Source: Haliotis cracherodii (taxonomy: Eukaryota). From it: a stretch of 64,000 nt of DNA. The position numbers were made by a program, and so were the translations under genes. This document shows, one piece after another, positions 27,201-40,199 of this stretch (its first letter is position 1; each line of letters starts with the position of its first letter). A model generated the notes under the pieces. That model was given only the letters and a program-made list of their open reading frames with translations. It did not search any database and was not told the DNA's origin. The DNA is taken from assembly GCF_022045235.1 (NCBI RefSeq), contig NW_027266297.1, positions 73,160,001 to 73,224,000 of the forward strand, read 5' to 3'.

Positions 27201-27330
27201 TAGGTTGCGTCTTAGGGACCGGCCATTTATTACAGGGTGGGTGTGTTTGGGGTGTGAAGATAGGGGTGGGTGGGTTGTCAGAGGTTTTTGATGCACCAAT
27301 GTACTGGTGACCCTCAACTAATTCTCTCTG

Positions 27331-27616
27331 CGGGGGCACGGGTGGCCCAGTCGTCTAAGGCGCCGCGATTCACTGTGCAGAGTTGCGTCCCTTGGGCACG
27401 CCAGAAACCTATGATTGAGGGTTCGAATCCCGGTTCGCCCCAATTATGTTTCTAGGTTTGTCAGCACCATACCCGTGCTCGTGGGTTTCACCGAAGTGGT
27501 AAACGTCTGAGACCTGCATCACTTCGGGCTTTCCTCCCACATTAAGCTGACACGCCGCGATATAACTGGAATATTGTTAAAAGCGGCGTTAAACCCAACT
27601 CACTCACTCACTCACT
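27331..27616 (+). mobile_element. Family C SINE, full length (tRNA-Leu-like head with long A-B spacer)
   Basis: GGTGGCCCAGTCGTCTAAGGCGCC box A, GGGTTCGAATCCC box B, tail GGAATATTGTTAAAAGCGGCGTTAAACCCAA(CTCA)n. Confidence 0.88.
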
Positions 27617-28199
27617 AATTCTCTCTGCCATCCCCACCACCCTATAATCTATTACCGTATCTGACGTAATGAGCGCACAGGGCGCTCTCAAAATAAGAAA
27701 TAGGGGGCTATTATGAGAATATAAGTTTGAAGTTGAAGTTGAAAGATCGTAAATTTCTACGTCTGTGTACCTGAAATGATACAAAAGAAAAGTTTGTCCA
27801 GAATGTAATTGCCCATAATTAAGGGTGCATATAACACACAAGTGCGTATACACGAATAAATAAGTCTCGTGTACATTGATCAATCGGAAGAGGTGCTAAT
27901 TGGGATTGTTTACTAGCCAATATATTAGCAAATATCGCCGTGGGCTCTTATTAGAGCGAGGCGCTTATTAAGTCGAATACGGTCACAATATCTTAAAGTC
28001 AAAGTCTGTAGCATTTAATTCAACATATAAAATGTGTCGTAGGCGTACAGACCTATGGTCATATGATATGATACAGACAGGATGTGAACAGACACTAAAC
28101 ATGTTCCTAGGTCATGTGACCTGACTATTATCAGGATAAACTCCCAGCCTGGGAGATTGTCTCTTGATAGGGATGTGTAATCATTGAGCCAAAAGCGAG

Positions 28200-29350
28200 G
28201 TACACCCCTATATCAAGACAACCCGCACATCCACCCCACTCCATCGGTACAACGTGTGTACCCCTATATCAAGACAACCCACACATCCACCCCACTCCAT
28301 CTGTACAACGTGTGTACCCCTATATCAAGACAACCCACACATCCACCCCACTCCATCTGTACAACGTGTGTACCCCTATATCAAGACAACCCATATATCC
28401 ACCCCACTCCATCTGTACAACGTGTGTACCCCTATATCAAGACAACCCACTCACCCACCCCACTCCATCTGTACAACGTGTGTACCCCTATATCAAGACA
28501 ACCCACACACCCACCCCACTCCATCTGTACAACGTGTGTACCCCTATATCAAGACAACCCACACATCCACCCCACTCCATCTGTACAACGTGTGTACCCC
28601 TATATCAAGACAACCCACACATCCACCCCTCTCCATCTGTACAACGTGTGTACCCCTATATCAAGACAACCCACACACCCACCCCACTCCATCTGTACAA
28701 CGTGTGTACCCCTATATCAAGACAACCCACACATCCACCCCACTCCATCTGTACAACGTGTGTACCCCTATATCAAGACAACCCACACACCCACCCCACT
28801 CCATCTGTACAACGTGTGTACCCCTATATCAAGACAACCCACACATCCACCCCTCTCCATCTGTACAACGTGTGTACCCCTATATCAAGACAACCCACAC
28901 ACCCACCCCACTCCATCTGTACAACGTGTGTACTCCTATATCAAGACAACCCACACATCCACCCCACTCCATCTGTACAACGTGTGTACCCCTATATCAA
29001 GACAACCCACACACCCACCCCTCTCCATCTGTACAACGTGTGTACCCCTATATCAAGACAACCCACACACCCACCCCTCTCCATCTGTACAACGTGTGTA
29101 CCCCTATATCAAGACAACCCACACATCCACCCCTCTCCATCTGTACAACGTGTGTACCCCTATATCAAGACAACCCACACACCCACCCCACTCCATCTGT
29201 ACAACGTGTGTACCCCTATATCAAGACAACCAGCACATCCACCCCTCTCCATCTGTACAACGTGTGTACCCCTATATCAAGACAACCCACACATCCACCC
29301 CACTCCATCTGTACGTGTATACCCCGTTATCAAGACAACCAACCCACACA
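28200..29350. repeat. Minisatellite, 56-bp unit, ~20 copies
   Basis: Unit TGTACCCCTATATCAAGACAACCCACACA(T/C)CCACCCC(A/T)CTCCATCTGTACAACGTG. Confidence 0.97.
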
Positions 29351-29933
29351 CCCTCGTCCGTAAACTCATGCAAAAACAATGCCACGTGTGTTGTAGCTAT
29401 CCTATCCATGTTAACATTGTACAGAAGTGCGTACAATGCTATGTCTATCTACCGTGGTGTGTCTTGTACTTGAGTTCGCCATGAATGACCTATCCACATA
29501 ATTACAAGACACGCTAACTTCTTCCTTGAACTTGTCCAAGAAACATTGACACACGACCGTGAAACATTAGTCAATCAGAACATATGAAGAGTGTGTCTTT
29601 TTTTTTATCAATATGTGAGTATGACCACCACAATATGGGGACAGTGTGACAGTAACGAGAGCCTGGAAGCAAGCCCTTCGCCCGGGACGGCCGCAGATCC
29701 CAATCTCTTATATCAATAAGCATACATTCGTTTCCCTGGGGCAGGCACTGTATATGTTCTGCATAACTCAGAGTCAATGCGAAAATAAAGTAACTTCAAT
29801 ATACACGTTTTTCAGTAAAATATGAAACCAAATATCAAGCAACTGTCTTTTTATAAACGATTTATGTATGTAATTAACCATGACATTTCTCGGGGTCAAA
29901 CATTTTGCGGGTGATCACTTTATTAGGTTTTAT

Positions 29934-29942
29934 TATATAAAA
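29934..29942 (+). promoter_or_regulatory. Candidate TATA box of the LRP-like gene
   Basis: TATATAAAA ~190 bp upstream of the signal-peptide ATG, at the change from AT-rich DNA to a GC-richer leader. Confidence 0.4.
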
Positions 29943-30123
29943 CAGAAAGGGTCTATCAATATTTAATGACAGAATCGCACAATCAGACACATTACGTGCT
30001 TGTGAATCCTGCTCCGGTGTGCACTGGTTGGTAACTACGGCAACCAGCGGTGGCGGACCCCAGGAGACCGGCCTGCACTGGTCGTGGAGCGTGCATACTG
30101 TGTGCGGACGCTGTGCAGGGAGG

Positions 30124-30178
30124 ATGAGAGGCTTGCTGTTTCTACTGTGGGGCTGCTTCTCCTGGCACATACACTCAG
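30124..30178 (+). CDS. LRP-like gene exon 1 (signal peptide)
   Basis: MRGLLFLLWGCFSWHIHS followed by CAG|GTAGGT donor, phase 1. Confidence 0.7.
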
Positions 30179-30457
30179 GTAGGTCAGTGAGGGAGTTAAG
30201 GGGCATTTTACGACGCTTTTAACAATATTCCAGCATTATCACATTGATGAAACCCAACTTGGCTTCACACATTGTATCCCTGGACAATCGAACTCGGGCC
30301 CTCGGCTTTAGGAGCGGGCGCTCTGACCACTAGGCTGTGTTCCCGACTCAGTCAAAGGTAGGCTATAGTAGTTTATCTGCAGACTATGTGCTCGTTTAGA
30401 ATTCAGCCAATGGCTCAAACTTGTTGTGGATGTCTTGCAGTTCTTGGCTTGTAAAAT

Positions 30458-30810
30458 GACCGCCTCCGTGGTCTAGTGGTAGAGCGTCCGCCCGGAGAGC
30501 GGAAGTTCCGGGGTTCAATCCCGGCCGCGTCATACCAAAAGACGTTAAAATATGGTACTTGTTGTTACCCTGTCTGGTGCTCGGCATAAAGGGTCTAAAA
30601 CAAGGACTGGTCGGCTCGGAGTCAGTATACTGTGTCTGAGTGGGGTATTCATGTTAAACTGCGGCATGGTATCTCAGTGAGCTAGCACTATAAATCGGCA
30701 TTAGTCCGGACTAGTACAAGCAGCCACACACACACACGTGCATGCACGTCGCTATATAAGTGCAATGATCTTGGACGCGACGTTAAACCAAATTTCACTT
30801 CACCTCACCT
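30458..30810 (+). mobile_element. Family D tRNA-derived SINE (V-domain-like), full length
   Basis: Box A GTGGTCTAGTGG, box B GGTTCAATCCC, GTCATACCAAAAGACGTTAAAATATGGTAC, tail GCGACGTTAAACC(TCACC)n. Confidence 0.9.
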
Positions 30811-31689
30811 TGGCTTTTAAAATATAATCTAAAACCCCAAAAGAACGTTTTTAGTGTTTGGTCTGATACAATGTTTTACAGGCGCAGTTCTTTATATTCA
30901 TTTCTGTTGTGCTTGGGTCTCCTGGCCTTTCACATGCTGACACACATGGGAATCGATCTCGTGTTTAGATCTCGGGCGACCACTTACCACTAGGCTACCC
31001 CATCATGTGAGACTTTATGCTACTCTGCGATTCGGGTTGTAGTGAAATGAACGACAAACCGAGTCAGACAATGGCATAAAATGGTTTACATCTTTCTGCT
31101 TCACACTGAAAGAAATCATACACCTTAAGAACCAACTGAGAAGCGGATATTGTCAGTCAACAATGACGTATACTATGTAGCACGTGTAGCACGTGCTTGT
31201 GCTGTTCCCGCTACTGCTGTGTCCCCTCCGTTCAACATGTCAACTTGTACACAAAACAACATGATGGTTTTTCAAGTCATTAGAATAAACAGCAGTAATT
31301 GTTGGGTACAGGGTATTCATTGCCGTGTATCGTATTGACAGTTAATAGACTATTCCCGATTTTGAGTTATTTTGCAATCCATCGTTCTCATTTGGAGCAA
31401 AACGGACTGTAGTTCGTATCATTCGTGACCAACTCGGCGTAATCCGGGACAAGTTACGGAAAGGGACGAGTGGTGACGAATGTAGTTCGTATGTTACTTC
31501 CCCTTGAACATACGGGTAACAATACTTGCTGTAAGAGGCGACTAACGGGATCGGGTGGTCAGACTCGCTGACTTTATTGATGCATGTCATCATATCCCAA
31601 TCGATCCTCATGATGTCGACCACTGGATTGTCTGATTCGGCGTTAAACAACAAACAAACACAAATAATCGAATGTCCTGGGTTCCACAG

Positions 31690-31817
31690 GTCGTGTTGGC
31701 CCCAACATCGCAGTCATCCTGAACACAACGAGATGCTCCCGCGCCAGACACACACTCGCCAGTCCCAAGGGCGTGTTCCAGATGTGGCAGCACGACAAGC
31801 GCGCTAATCAGAATATA
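31690..31817 (+). CDS. LRP-like gene exon 2
   Basis: TTCCACAG| ... |GTAAGT; RVGPNIAVILNTTRCSRARHTLASPKGVFQMWQHDKRANQNI bridges phase 1 to phase 0. Confidence 0.65.
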
Positions 31818-32226
31818 GTAAGTCTTTCTCCACGATCAGTCACAATTAGCGATGTGCAAGAAACATTTACTCGTGCTTCATCCAATTCTATAATTCCTGA
31901 GGGCATGAGAGAGTTAAAATTTTACATCGCATCTGAAATATTTCAGCCTCATAGCGATAACAACAACAACAACAATCATAATAAAATGTCTGCCCACAGA
32001 GGGCAGTACAACAGTCAGGTAAATATCACATTTTTGGATAAAACAAACATGTCAAAATTGAAACAAATAATTTCCCATATTCAAGTTTTATCAATTAAAA
32101 CAAGGATATTGCAACCAAAGTCAGAGCATCTTACTGGGAACCATGGGGAGTTTCCGTATCTCTGCTTCCTGCAGGATTCCCCAGCAGGGTTTAAGCCATC
32201 ACTAAGGTCAGCAGTGGATGCACGGT

Positions 32227-32733
32227 CATCTTCCCGAGGCAAGAGAGTTAAGTGACTAGTCCAGCTTGCACCCTTGACGAACTAGACTGGAGTTTCTGGG
32301 CTCGATCGTAGCACCACCAGTGGGTATTACGAGTTATGTCCCTCCTATGCCTCTCATATTGACCAATCAGATTCCACCTCTTGTATCACTTGCATTTGCG
32401 CCCACTCAAGACGATCTGATCAATAATCAAGATCTATGCTGTGATTAAACGGGTCTTACATCGCAAAGTGCCTCAAATCACATGAGCACCTGATTAAAAA
32501 CATGAAAAGATTTGGAAAATATCTGATAACGCCGAGTTGGCGGTGCACATGCTTTGCAAATCCTGCAATCGACCGAAATCTGCACGACAGTTTACGGACA
32601 GGATGTCGATTTCTTTGTGCGATTTTGACTGGACTAAGCATAGCCGAAATGTGACTCCATAATACCAGCTTAGTTCGGCAAGGGTGGAAACTGGACTTTT
32701 AAAGTCAGTTAACTCACTTTCCTCGGGAAGATG
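32227..32733. mobile_element. MITE (~510 bp) with ~60-bp imperfect TIRs, copy 1
   Basis: CATCTTCCCGAGGCAAGAGAGTTAA ... TTAACTCACTTTCCTCGGGAAGATG; an inverted second copy lies at 58722-59242. Confidence 0.88.
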
Positions 32734-32967
32734 GGGTACGTTATGCAAGCCAATATACAAAGTCAATCTTATATAAGTTGATCAAGGATGGAATTGCGTG
32801 CTGCTGGCAGGACGACTATACTTTTACAGTGCTTTATACCCCGAGTTATATTTTCATCCATAAATCAAATATTTTCTGTCAATGCTATTCGTCTTAAAGT
32901 GCAATGTGAAGTGTTTTGCATTATATCAGTGATAAATGATCTGATCACAGGCTCATAATCACTGTAT

Positions 32968-33132
32968 GGAGTGAGTGAGTGAGTTTGGATTTATGTTGCT
33001 GCAATATTCCAGCAATATCACGCCAGGGACACCATAAATGGGGTTCACATATTGTGCCCATGTGGGGAATCGAACCTGGGTCTTCAGCTTGACGAGCGAA
33101 CGCTTTAACCACAAGGCTACCCCACCGCCCCT
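32968..33132 (-). mobile_element. Family B tRNA-derived SINE
   Basis: Minus strand GGGCGGTGGGGTAGCCTTGTGGTTAAAGCGTTCGC...GGTTCGATTCCCC and (ACTC)n tail. Confidence 0.88.
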
Positions 33133-33364
33133 CGCTGTATGGAATCAGATGAGGTATCACACATTTCTCAGGGGCGCACGTGCTGCATCCTGATCCAACC
33201 CTGCTGGTAACCATAAACACAAACGATGTAATGGCCAGTAACAAGATCATATATAATTCAACAATTTCAAATAAATGTGAATGCTTAGTTAACGTGACAT
33301 AATCTAGCATGAAATTTTTTTTAAAATATTATAAACTATCATATTTCGACTGGTTATTGATATA

Positions 33365-34825
33365 CACTCTTCCAAAAAAGAAACGCACAGGTAGATTTTT
33401 ATTAAATTTATTGTACCAAATAAAGTCGATATATTAATTTATAATTTAATACCATAGATACAAATATGAAATTTGGGAGCTCGATAGTCACATGTTGTCG
33501 TGGTACAAAGGCATTGAAAACTGTTCATTGTCATGTAACATAAGGCAAAACGGTTGCGCTGAACTCAGTATCTCGTGTGACCGTCCCAGGCAGCAATCAC
33601 GGCTCTGCATCTCCTCGGCACTGACTGGATAAGTGTACGAATTCTGTCCTGCGAAATTCTGCGCCATTCTGCTTGTAACGGCGCTGGCCAGTTGTGTGAG
33701 TGTCTGCGGCGTGTTCTGACATTGAATGTCCACGTCGGTCGAGTTCATCCCAGAGGTGTTCGATTTGGTTGAGATCTCTTGATCTCCACATGCCAAGGCA
33801 AGCAGTTGATGTTGGCATTATGAGGATAGTCTACCGCGACACAAGCTGTGTGCGGTGTTCTTCTGTAGAAACAGCTCCCTCTGGCGGTCAATGATTGGAA
33901 GAAGGTGAGGTTGAAGAATTTGATCAATGTAGCGATTTGCTTTCGAATTTCCCTGAACCACAACCCCACACCATGACACTACCGCCACCGAAATTGTCGA
34001 ATTCACGTACACAATGTGGGGCAAAGCGCTCATTTCGACGACGATAAACACGTTGTCTTCCATCTCGCCGGTGAAGAAGAAATCGTGATTCATCGCTAAA
34101 CTACACTCGTCTCCAATTTCTCTAATTCCAAGGCTGTAATGTATGGCACCAACGCAAGCGTCGCTGTCGATGAATCTGTTGCAAAACAGGGACGATAACT
34201 GGTCTTCTGGGTCGGATTCCAGCCTCGCGAAGATGGTTCCTGACAGTTCTCAAACCAGGGATGCGTCCTGCAGTCTCCGTAGCTGTGGCATTGCAATGAC
34301 GTGGAACAGTCGAATGTAGCGATCCTGTGCAGGAATGGTAACTCTTGGTCGGCCGGTTCTCGGACGGTCTGCAGTGGAATTGAACTGTGTGTATTAATCC
34401 CAAAAGCGGCAAATGGTTCTGTGGTGGACGTTGAAGTGGCGTGCAACAGAGGACTGCGATTCTTCTCTTTAGAGCGGCAGCGCTGAGTCTCGGCATTTTC
34501 GAACATGAAAAATGTTGACAATTGAATGACAAATTATTGGCTTATGTTTCCTTTTTTTATAGCCACTACCGAGAGTTAACAATGCCATAACTTGCACGTG
34601 AATTTTGCTTTACTGTTTTCCTCCATGACATTTTTGAACAAGTGTGAAAACAATGCCGTTTAAGACATTGCAAATCGACAATAGCTACATTTTGACGCAC
34701 CGTTTGTCGGATATCAGGCCACCAACATTTTCCAATAACATATATCCAATTTATATATCGGATTTTTTGTGTAGTCAGGTTCAATGAACTACATACTACT
34801 TGTGCGTTTCTATTTTTGAAGAGTC
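33365..34825 (-). mobile_element. Tc1-family transposon with both TIRs and TA target duplication; transposase inactivated
   Basis: TA|CACTCTTCCAAAAAAGAAACGCACA ... TGTGCGTTTCTATTTTTGAAGAGTC|TA; MPRLSAA, TVRNHLREAG and SRDLNQIEHLWDELDRR fragments in several frames. Confidence 0.92.
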
Positions 34826-34982
34826 TATATTAGAGCTATGAACACACAATGCCCTTTAGAAATGGTCAGAAGTAACAAATGTTTTTTATATTTGGGATAA
34901 CACTTTCTTTGTAAAGTACAGATTCTCGTGCAGGATTCGAACCCACAAAGAAAGTGTTAGCACAAATATAAGATTTGATATA

Positions 34983-36463
34983 TATTGAACCAAATTAAAA
35001 ACTTCACAATCCTAAAATTTTAACATTTTGACCAGTTATCATTGTGGTCCCTTATTGTGTATTTAAACAGTAATGGCCACGTATTGTCTTCAGATAACAC
35101 CCGTTTTTGTGCAGGTGAATCGATCAAAATCATGTGCACAGCACCATAGTGGCAAAAGTGTTTTTTTACGTGCAACTGGTCACGTGGCCATAATACCGCA
35201 CGTGTTTTCAGCCAAACTTGTTAGCAGTCATTAACAAAAAAAGAAAAACACAAGAAAACAAAGGTCTTTACGGCCATTTGTCATGCCACGCCTTTCAAAT
35301 GTGCAACGTGAACGTGCCATCGGCATGTTGCAGACGGGAACGTCCGTAGCTGAAGTCGCAAGGACGATGGGTTGTAGTCGACGGACTGTTTATGATTTAC
35401 AGACGCGTCTACAGCAAACAGGTTCCACCGCTGATCGCCCTCGGCCAGGTCGACCATGTGTGACGTCACATGCAGAGGATCGTCAGATTGTCTGACGTCA
35501 CCTCCGTAACCGATTTTCGACGGCTACATCAACCCGAAATGAACTGTTTAGGGGTAGACTGAGTGCGCAAACTGTTCGAAACCGTCTGAGAACTGCTCAT
35601 CTTCAAGCACGACGGCCATACTGCGGGCCGATTCTGACTCAATTACACAGACGTCAACGTCAATTGTGGGCACAGCGACTCAGCGTCTTCAGTGATGAAT
35701 CCCGATTTAATCTTCGATTTGCTGATGTAGGGCGAGGATGTGGAGGCGCCGTCATGAACGTTACGCCCAGTGTTGTGTACAGGAAGTTGATAGCTTTCGA
35801 GGCGCAAGTGTCATGGTGTGGGGGTGCTTTATGTGGCAATGCACGTTCCAGGCTTCTTGTCATCCGTGGCAACCTCAACGCTGCTGCTTACCGCGACCAG
35901 GCACTGGCACCAGAACTTCTGCTTTTTAGGGCAGCACATGGACCCGGTTTGATCTTCCAACACGACAATGCCAGACCCCACACAGCAATTTTGACAAGGA
36001 ATTTCCTTCAGAATGCGGGAGTCAACGTCATGGACTGGCCGTCAAGGTCTCCCGACCTCAATCCCATCGAACACGTCTGGTATACTCTCCAGAACCAACC
36101 ACAGAATTTGTAAGATCTTGGCACCATTTTGCAGCAACAATGGCGTCGTCTTCCCAATCATGTGTTCACAAGCGTCACAAGGTCCATTCGGAGGCGTTGT
36201 GTGGCAGTTGTCAACTCACATGGTGGCCATACACGCTACTGAACTTGTGTGCCATCAGATTCTCGTGCTTGGGACTTATGATTTAAACTGTTGATGTTAT
36301 TACCGAATACCGCAGGTGCTTGGAACAAATTATGGTTACCACCGTTAATTAAAATCCTTCTTTGGACATTAATGATTAAAAATTACCTTCTCTGATACAT
36401 TTGTCCGTTGTATATCATATATGGGATTACTTTTAAAAATGAAGTTTTTAATTTGACTCAGTA
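34983..36463 (+). mobile_element. Tc1-family (DD34E) transposon with TIRs; transposase pseudogene ~35283-36242
   Basis: TIRs TATTGAACCAAATTAAAAACTTCA / TGAAGTTTTTAATTTGACTCAGTA; MPRLSNVQRERAIGML HTH region, FSDESRF, QHDNARPH...SPDLNPIE with 34 residues between D and E; internal stop at 35493-35495 and frameshifts. Confidence 0.95.
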
Positions 36464-36992
36464 TATTTTAGAGCTGTTAAATGGCATTTGATTCTGCTGA
36501 GAAAATGGAAAGTGTGTCTGGTAAACTTGCTGAGATGTTTTGGGTCCAATGACAGTGGCGCTAGCAATTGCGTCACCATCCTTGAATCCATCTGTAAATA
36601 TAGAAATATAATTGTTGATTATATTCTTGTTGATATAGTTATTGGTTTGTTTCAGATCTATTTAGTTTAGTTAATGTCAGGTTTAATGTTTAGTAAACAT
36701 CACCCTTTCCTGTGACGGATAGGAAGGCAGACAGGAGATACCTTGTGAAGTTCACTATTGACACGTTTCCTGAAAGTGTATCATACGTATGCAAGCTTTA
36801 CATGCATGTGCATTGTCGTGCATGGCTACATTGTGTCAGTGAAAAACGTTCGCACAAATTCAAGCAGAAGAAATAAAACAAGGATCGCATTTATTTTTTT
36901 CTAAACCAAACAAAAGTCTAAGAACAACGAAGAACAATCAATAACTGATAGTTTGAACATGATCACAAGGACCCCGAACACATTATAATGAC

Positions 36993-37225
36993 CACCCGTG
37001 AAGATCCGGGGTAGAATAGGCCTTCAGCAACCCATGATTGTCGTCAGAGGCGACTAGCGGAATCGGGTGGTCAGGCTCGCTGACTTGGTTGATGCATGTC
37101 ATCGTATCCCAGTTGCATTGATTGATGCTAATGGGGTCAATCTCTGGATTGTCTGGTCCAGACTCGATTATTTACAGAACGCCGTCAGAGTGCGGCGTTA
37201 AACAACCAACCAACCAACAAAAAAA
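36993..37225 (+). mobile_element. Family A retroposon (single-hairpin variant)
   Basis: CACCCGTGAAGATCCGGGGTAGAATAGGCCTTC head and (CAAC)n tail. Confidence 0.9.
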
Positions 37226-37537
37226 GTACAATAATATTTATTATGATCACAGTAATCACATAGTAATATGAATGGGTGAGGCGTTAAACAAGAACAAAAA
37301 AAAAAGAAAAAAGTTGAGTAAACTGTGCATAGCGTCCTCTACAGACGACATGTTTAGGCGTGGTACATCTTCTCATACAACGATGAGTTCTGAAAAACAA
37401 GTCGACGACGGAAACATTTTAGGCGAAGTCCTGACATGGCGTGACGTTCCCAGCAGAAACGTCGGTAAAATCACTGATCCTGCTGTATTGATTTTGTTAA
37501 TAAGCCCTCAGTTCTCACAGCGCATCCCCTGTTTCAG

Positions 37538-37657
37538 AACAAGTTTATCACTGGCCACGGCAACTGTGGTGCGAGTGCTGACCAGTATGTCACCATTGAC
37601 TACCATTACCTCACCAGGACCTTCTATATGACCAACGTCGGCCAGCGTATCATTGAG
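37538..37657 (+). CDS. LRP-like gene exon 3 (propeller 1)
   Basis: TTTCAG|NKFITGHGNCGASADQYVTIDYHYLTRTFYMTNVGQRIIE|GTAGGT, a YWTD-like blade. Confidence 0.8.
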
Positions 37658-37687
37658 GTAGGTGGTCTCCAGCCGTTCTCATACAAC

Positions 37688-37758
37688 CGTGTTCGTGTGC
37701 GTGTTCGTGTGCGTGTGCGTGTGCGTGTTCGTGTGCGTGTGCGTGTGCGTGTGCGTGT
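37688..37758. repeat. (GTGCGT/GTTCGT)n microsatellite
   Basis: About 12 hexamer units. Confidence 0.95.
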
Positions 37759-38254
37759 TAACTGTTTCCAATGGGTATTCTATAATTGGTCGGCTTACAC
37801 AACGGCGATAAACGCATCATAAGGATGGATCAGCTAGTGAGTATGGTTTTGCGGCGTTTAATAATATTTGATCACTATTGCAGCTAAGGCCCAAAGATAG
37901 GCTTCACACAGTGCACCAACTTGGGGTTCGAGCTCGGTTTTCGGTTGGAAGCCGAACGCCTTATCAACAGCGCTACCCTGCCTCGCTAAGGAAGAAGCAT
38001 AGTGCCTTGATTTACCAGACACATACAGTTCAGGAATTAAATGGCATATAACAAATGACATTTAACAGATTATTAGGAGTTTCAGAGAATGATGGTAGGC
38101 ATGTGATAACAACAGCAGTGCTATGAAACACAGACAAACCTTCTCCATGGTTTGGACGAGGATGAAATATGAATTCGGTGATGTATGCACAGTACGCAAC
38201 CTAACGGTGTTCATGAGGCCGGTATGGTGATTGTTACCTGTACGTATGTTGCAG

Positions 38255-38327
38255 GCGTATGACATCAAGGATGCCAACAAGTACCGGAAGCGGCCGGTGT
38301 TCAAGGGCATCTCAAAGAAGACCACAG
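38255..38327 (+). CDS. LRP-like gene exon 4
   Basis: TTGCAG|AYDIKDANKYRKRPVFKGISKKTT+G|GTCTCC; phase 0 to 1 joins GIAVDW of exon 5; weak donor. Confidence 0.75.
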
Positions 38328-38611
38328 GTCTCCTGAACATTGAACTGTATCTTCAATTACGGTTTGCATGTGTTATTGTAGATTACCCTGGTGAATGTTG
38401 TAAACATTACCCCAACGTGTAAGATATGTCACAGCCTCTTTCTATTCCGGCATCTATAACCTGGCAATAACTTAATACTGGTAGGGTTTTATCCTAAGCA
38501 ATCAGTATAAAATCAAGAAGCTTATCCCATTCATATGTACGTGACACTAAAACAGCACAGGACATACATAACTTGAAAATGAGTGTCAGATGTTTATATT
38601 TTGCATATACC

Positions 38612-38638
38612 TGTGCGTTTCTATTTTTGAAGAGTGTA
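38612..38638. mobile_element. Solo right TIR of the 33365-type Tc1 element
   Basis: TGTGCGTTTCTATTTTTGAAGAGTG|TA, nearly identical to 34801-34827. Confidence 0.85.
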
Positions 38639-40150
38639 CTAACGATAGTTTACCCATGTGATATGGACACATTGTTTACTTACGACTGTTTACCCATATG
38701 ATATGGACACAGTGTATATACTTACAATAGTTTACCCATGTGATATGGACACAGTGTATATACTTACAATAGTTTACCCATGTGATATGGACACAGTGTA
38801 TATACTTACAATAGTTTACCCATGTGATATGGACACAGTGTATATACTTACAATAGTTTACCCATGTGATATGGACACAGTGTATATACTTACAATAGTT
38901 TACCCATATGATATGGACACAGTGTATATACTTACAATAGTTTACCCATATGATATGGACACAGTGTATATACTTACGATAGTTTACCCATATGATATGG
39001 ACACAGTGTATATACTTACAATAGGTTACCCATATGATATGGACACAGTGTATATACTTACGATAGTTTACCCGTGTGATATGGACACAGTGTATATACT
39101 TACAATAGTTTACCCATGTGATATGGACACAGTGTATCTACTTACGATAGTTTACCCATGTGATATGGACACAGTGTATATACTTACAATAGTTTACCCA
39201 TGTGATATGGACACAGTGTATATACTTACAATAGTTTACCCATGTGATATGGACACAGTGTATATACTTACAATAGTTTACCCATGTGATATGGACACAG
39301 TGTATATACTTACAATAGTTTACCCATGTGATATGGACACAGTGTATATACTTACAATAGTTTACCCGTGTGATATGGACACAGTGTATATACTTACAAT
39401 AGTTTACCCATGTGATATGGACACAGTGTATCTACTTACGATAGTTTACCCATGTGATATGGACACATTGTTTACTTACGACTGTTTACCCATATGATAT
39501 GGACACAGTGTATATACTTACAATAGTTTACCCATATGATATGGACACAGTGTATATACTTACGATAGTTTACCCGTGTGATATGGACACAGTGTATATA
39601 CTTACAATAGTTTACCCATGTGATATGGACACAGTGTATATACTTACAATAGTTTACCCATATGATATGGACACAGTGTATATACTTACAATAGTTTACC
39701 CATGTGATATGGACACAGTGTGTATACTTACAATAGTTTACCCATGTGATATGGACACAGTGTATATACTTACAATAGTTTACCCATGTGATATGGACAC
39801 AGTGTATATACTTACAATAGTTTACCCATGTGATATGGACACAGTGTATCTACTTACGATAGTTTACCCATGTGATATGGACACAGTGTATATACTTACA
39901 ATAGTTTACCCGTGTGATATGGACACAGTGTATCTACTTACGACTGTTTACCCGTGTGATGTGGACGCAGTGTATATACTTACGACTGTTTACCCATGTG
40001 ACATGGACAGAGTGTATATACTTACGACAGTTTACACGTGTGATGTGGACGCAGTGTATATACTTAGGACTGTTTCCCCATGTGATGTGGACACATTGTT
40101 TATTAGTACGAGTGTTTACCCATGCGATAAGGGCACTATGTATACTTAAG
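38637..40150. repeat. Minisatellite, 42-bp unit, ~35 copies
   Basis: Unit AGTGTATATACTTACAATAGTTTACCCAT(G/A)TGATATGGACAC, decaying toward the 3' end. Confidence 0.97.
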
Positions 40151-40199
40151 ACTGTTTACTATGTACATACCTACAACTATTTTCCCATGAATATAACAG

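Noticed and set aside
28184-29484. Three overlapping 369-429-aa ORFs
   Set aside because: A 56-bp unit without plus-strand stops cycles through all three frames; repeat artefact
37425-37470. CCTGAC...GAAACGTCGG as a Penelope-type hammerhead remnant
   Set aside because: The CUGANGA core is absent and there is no supporting element sequence
38658-40149. MDTVYILTIVYPCD repeat ORFs
   Set aside because: 42-bp intronic minisatellite; only the part from 40200 is a real exon
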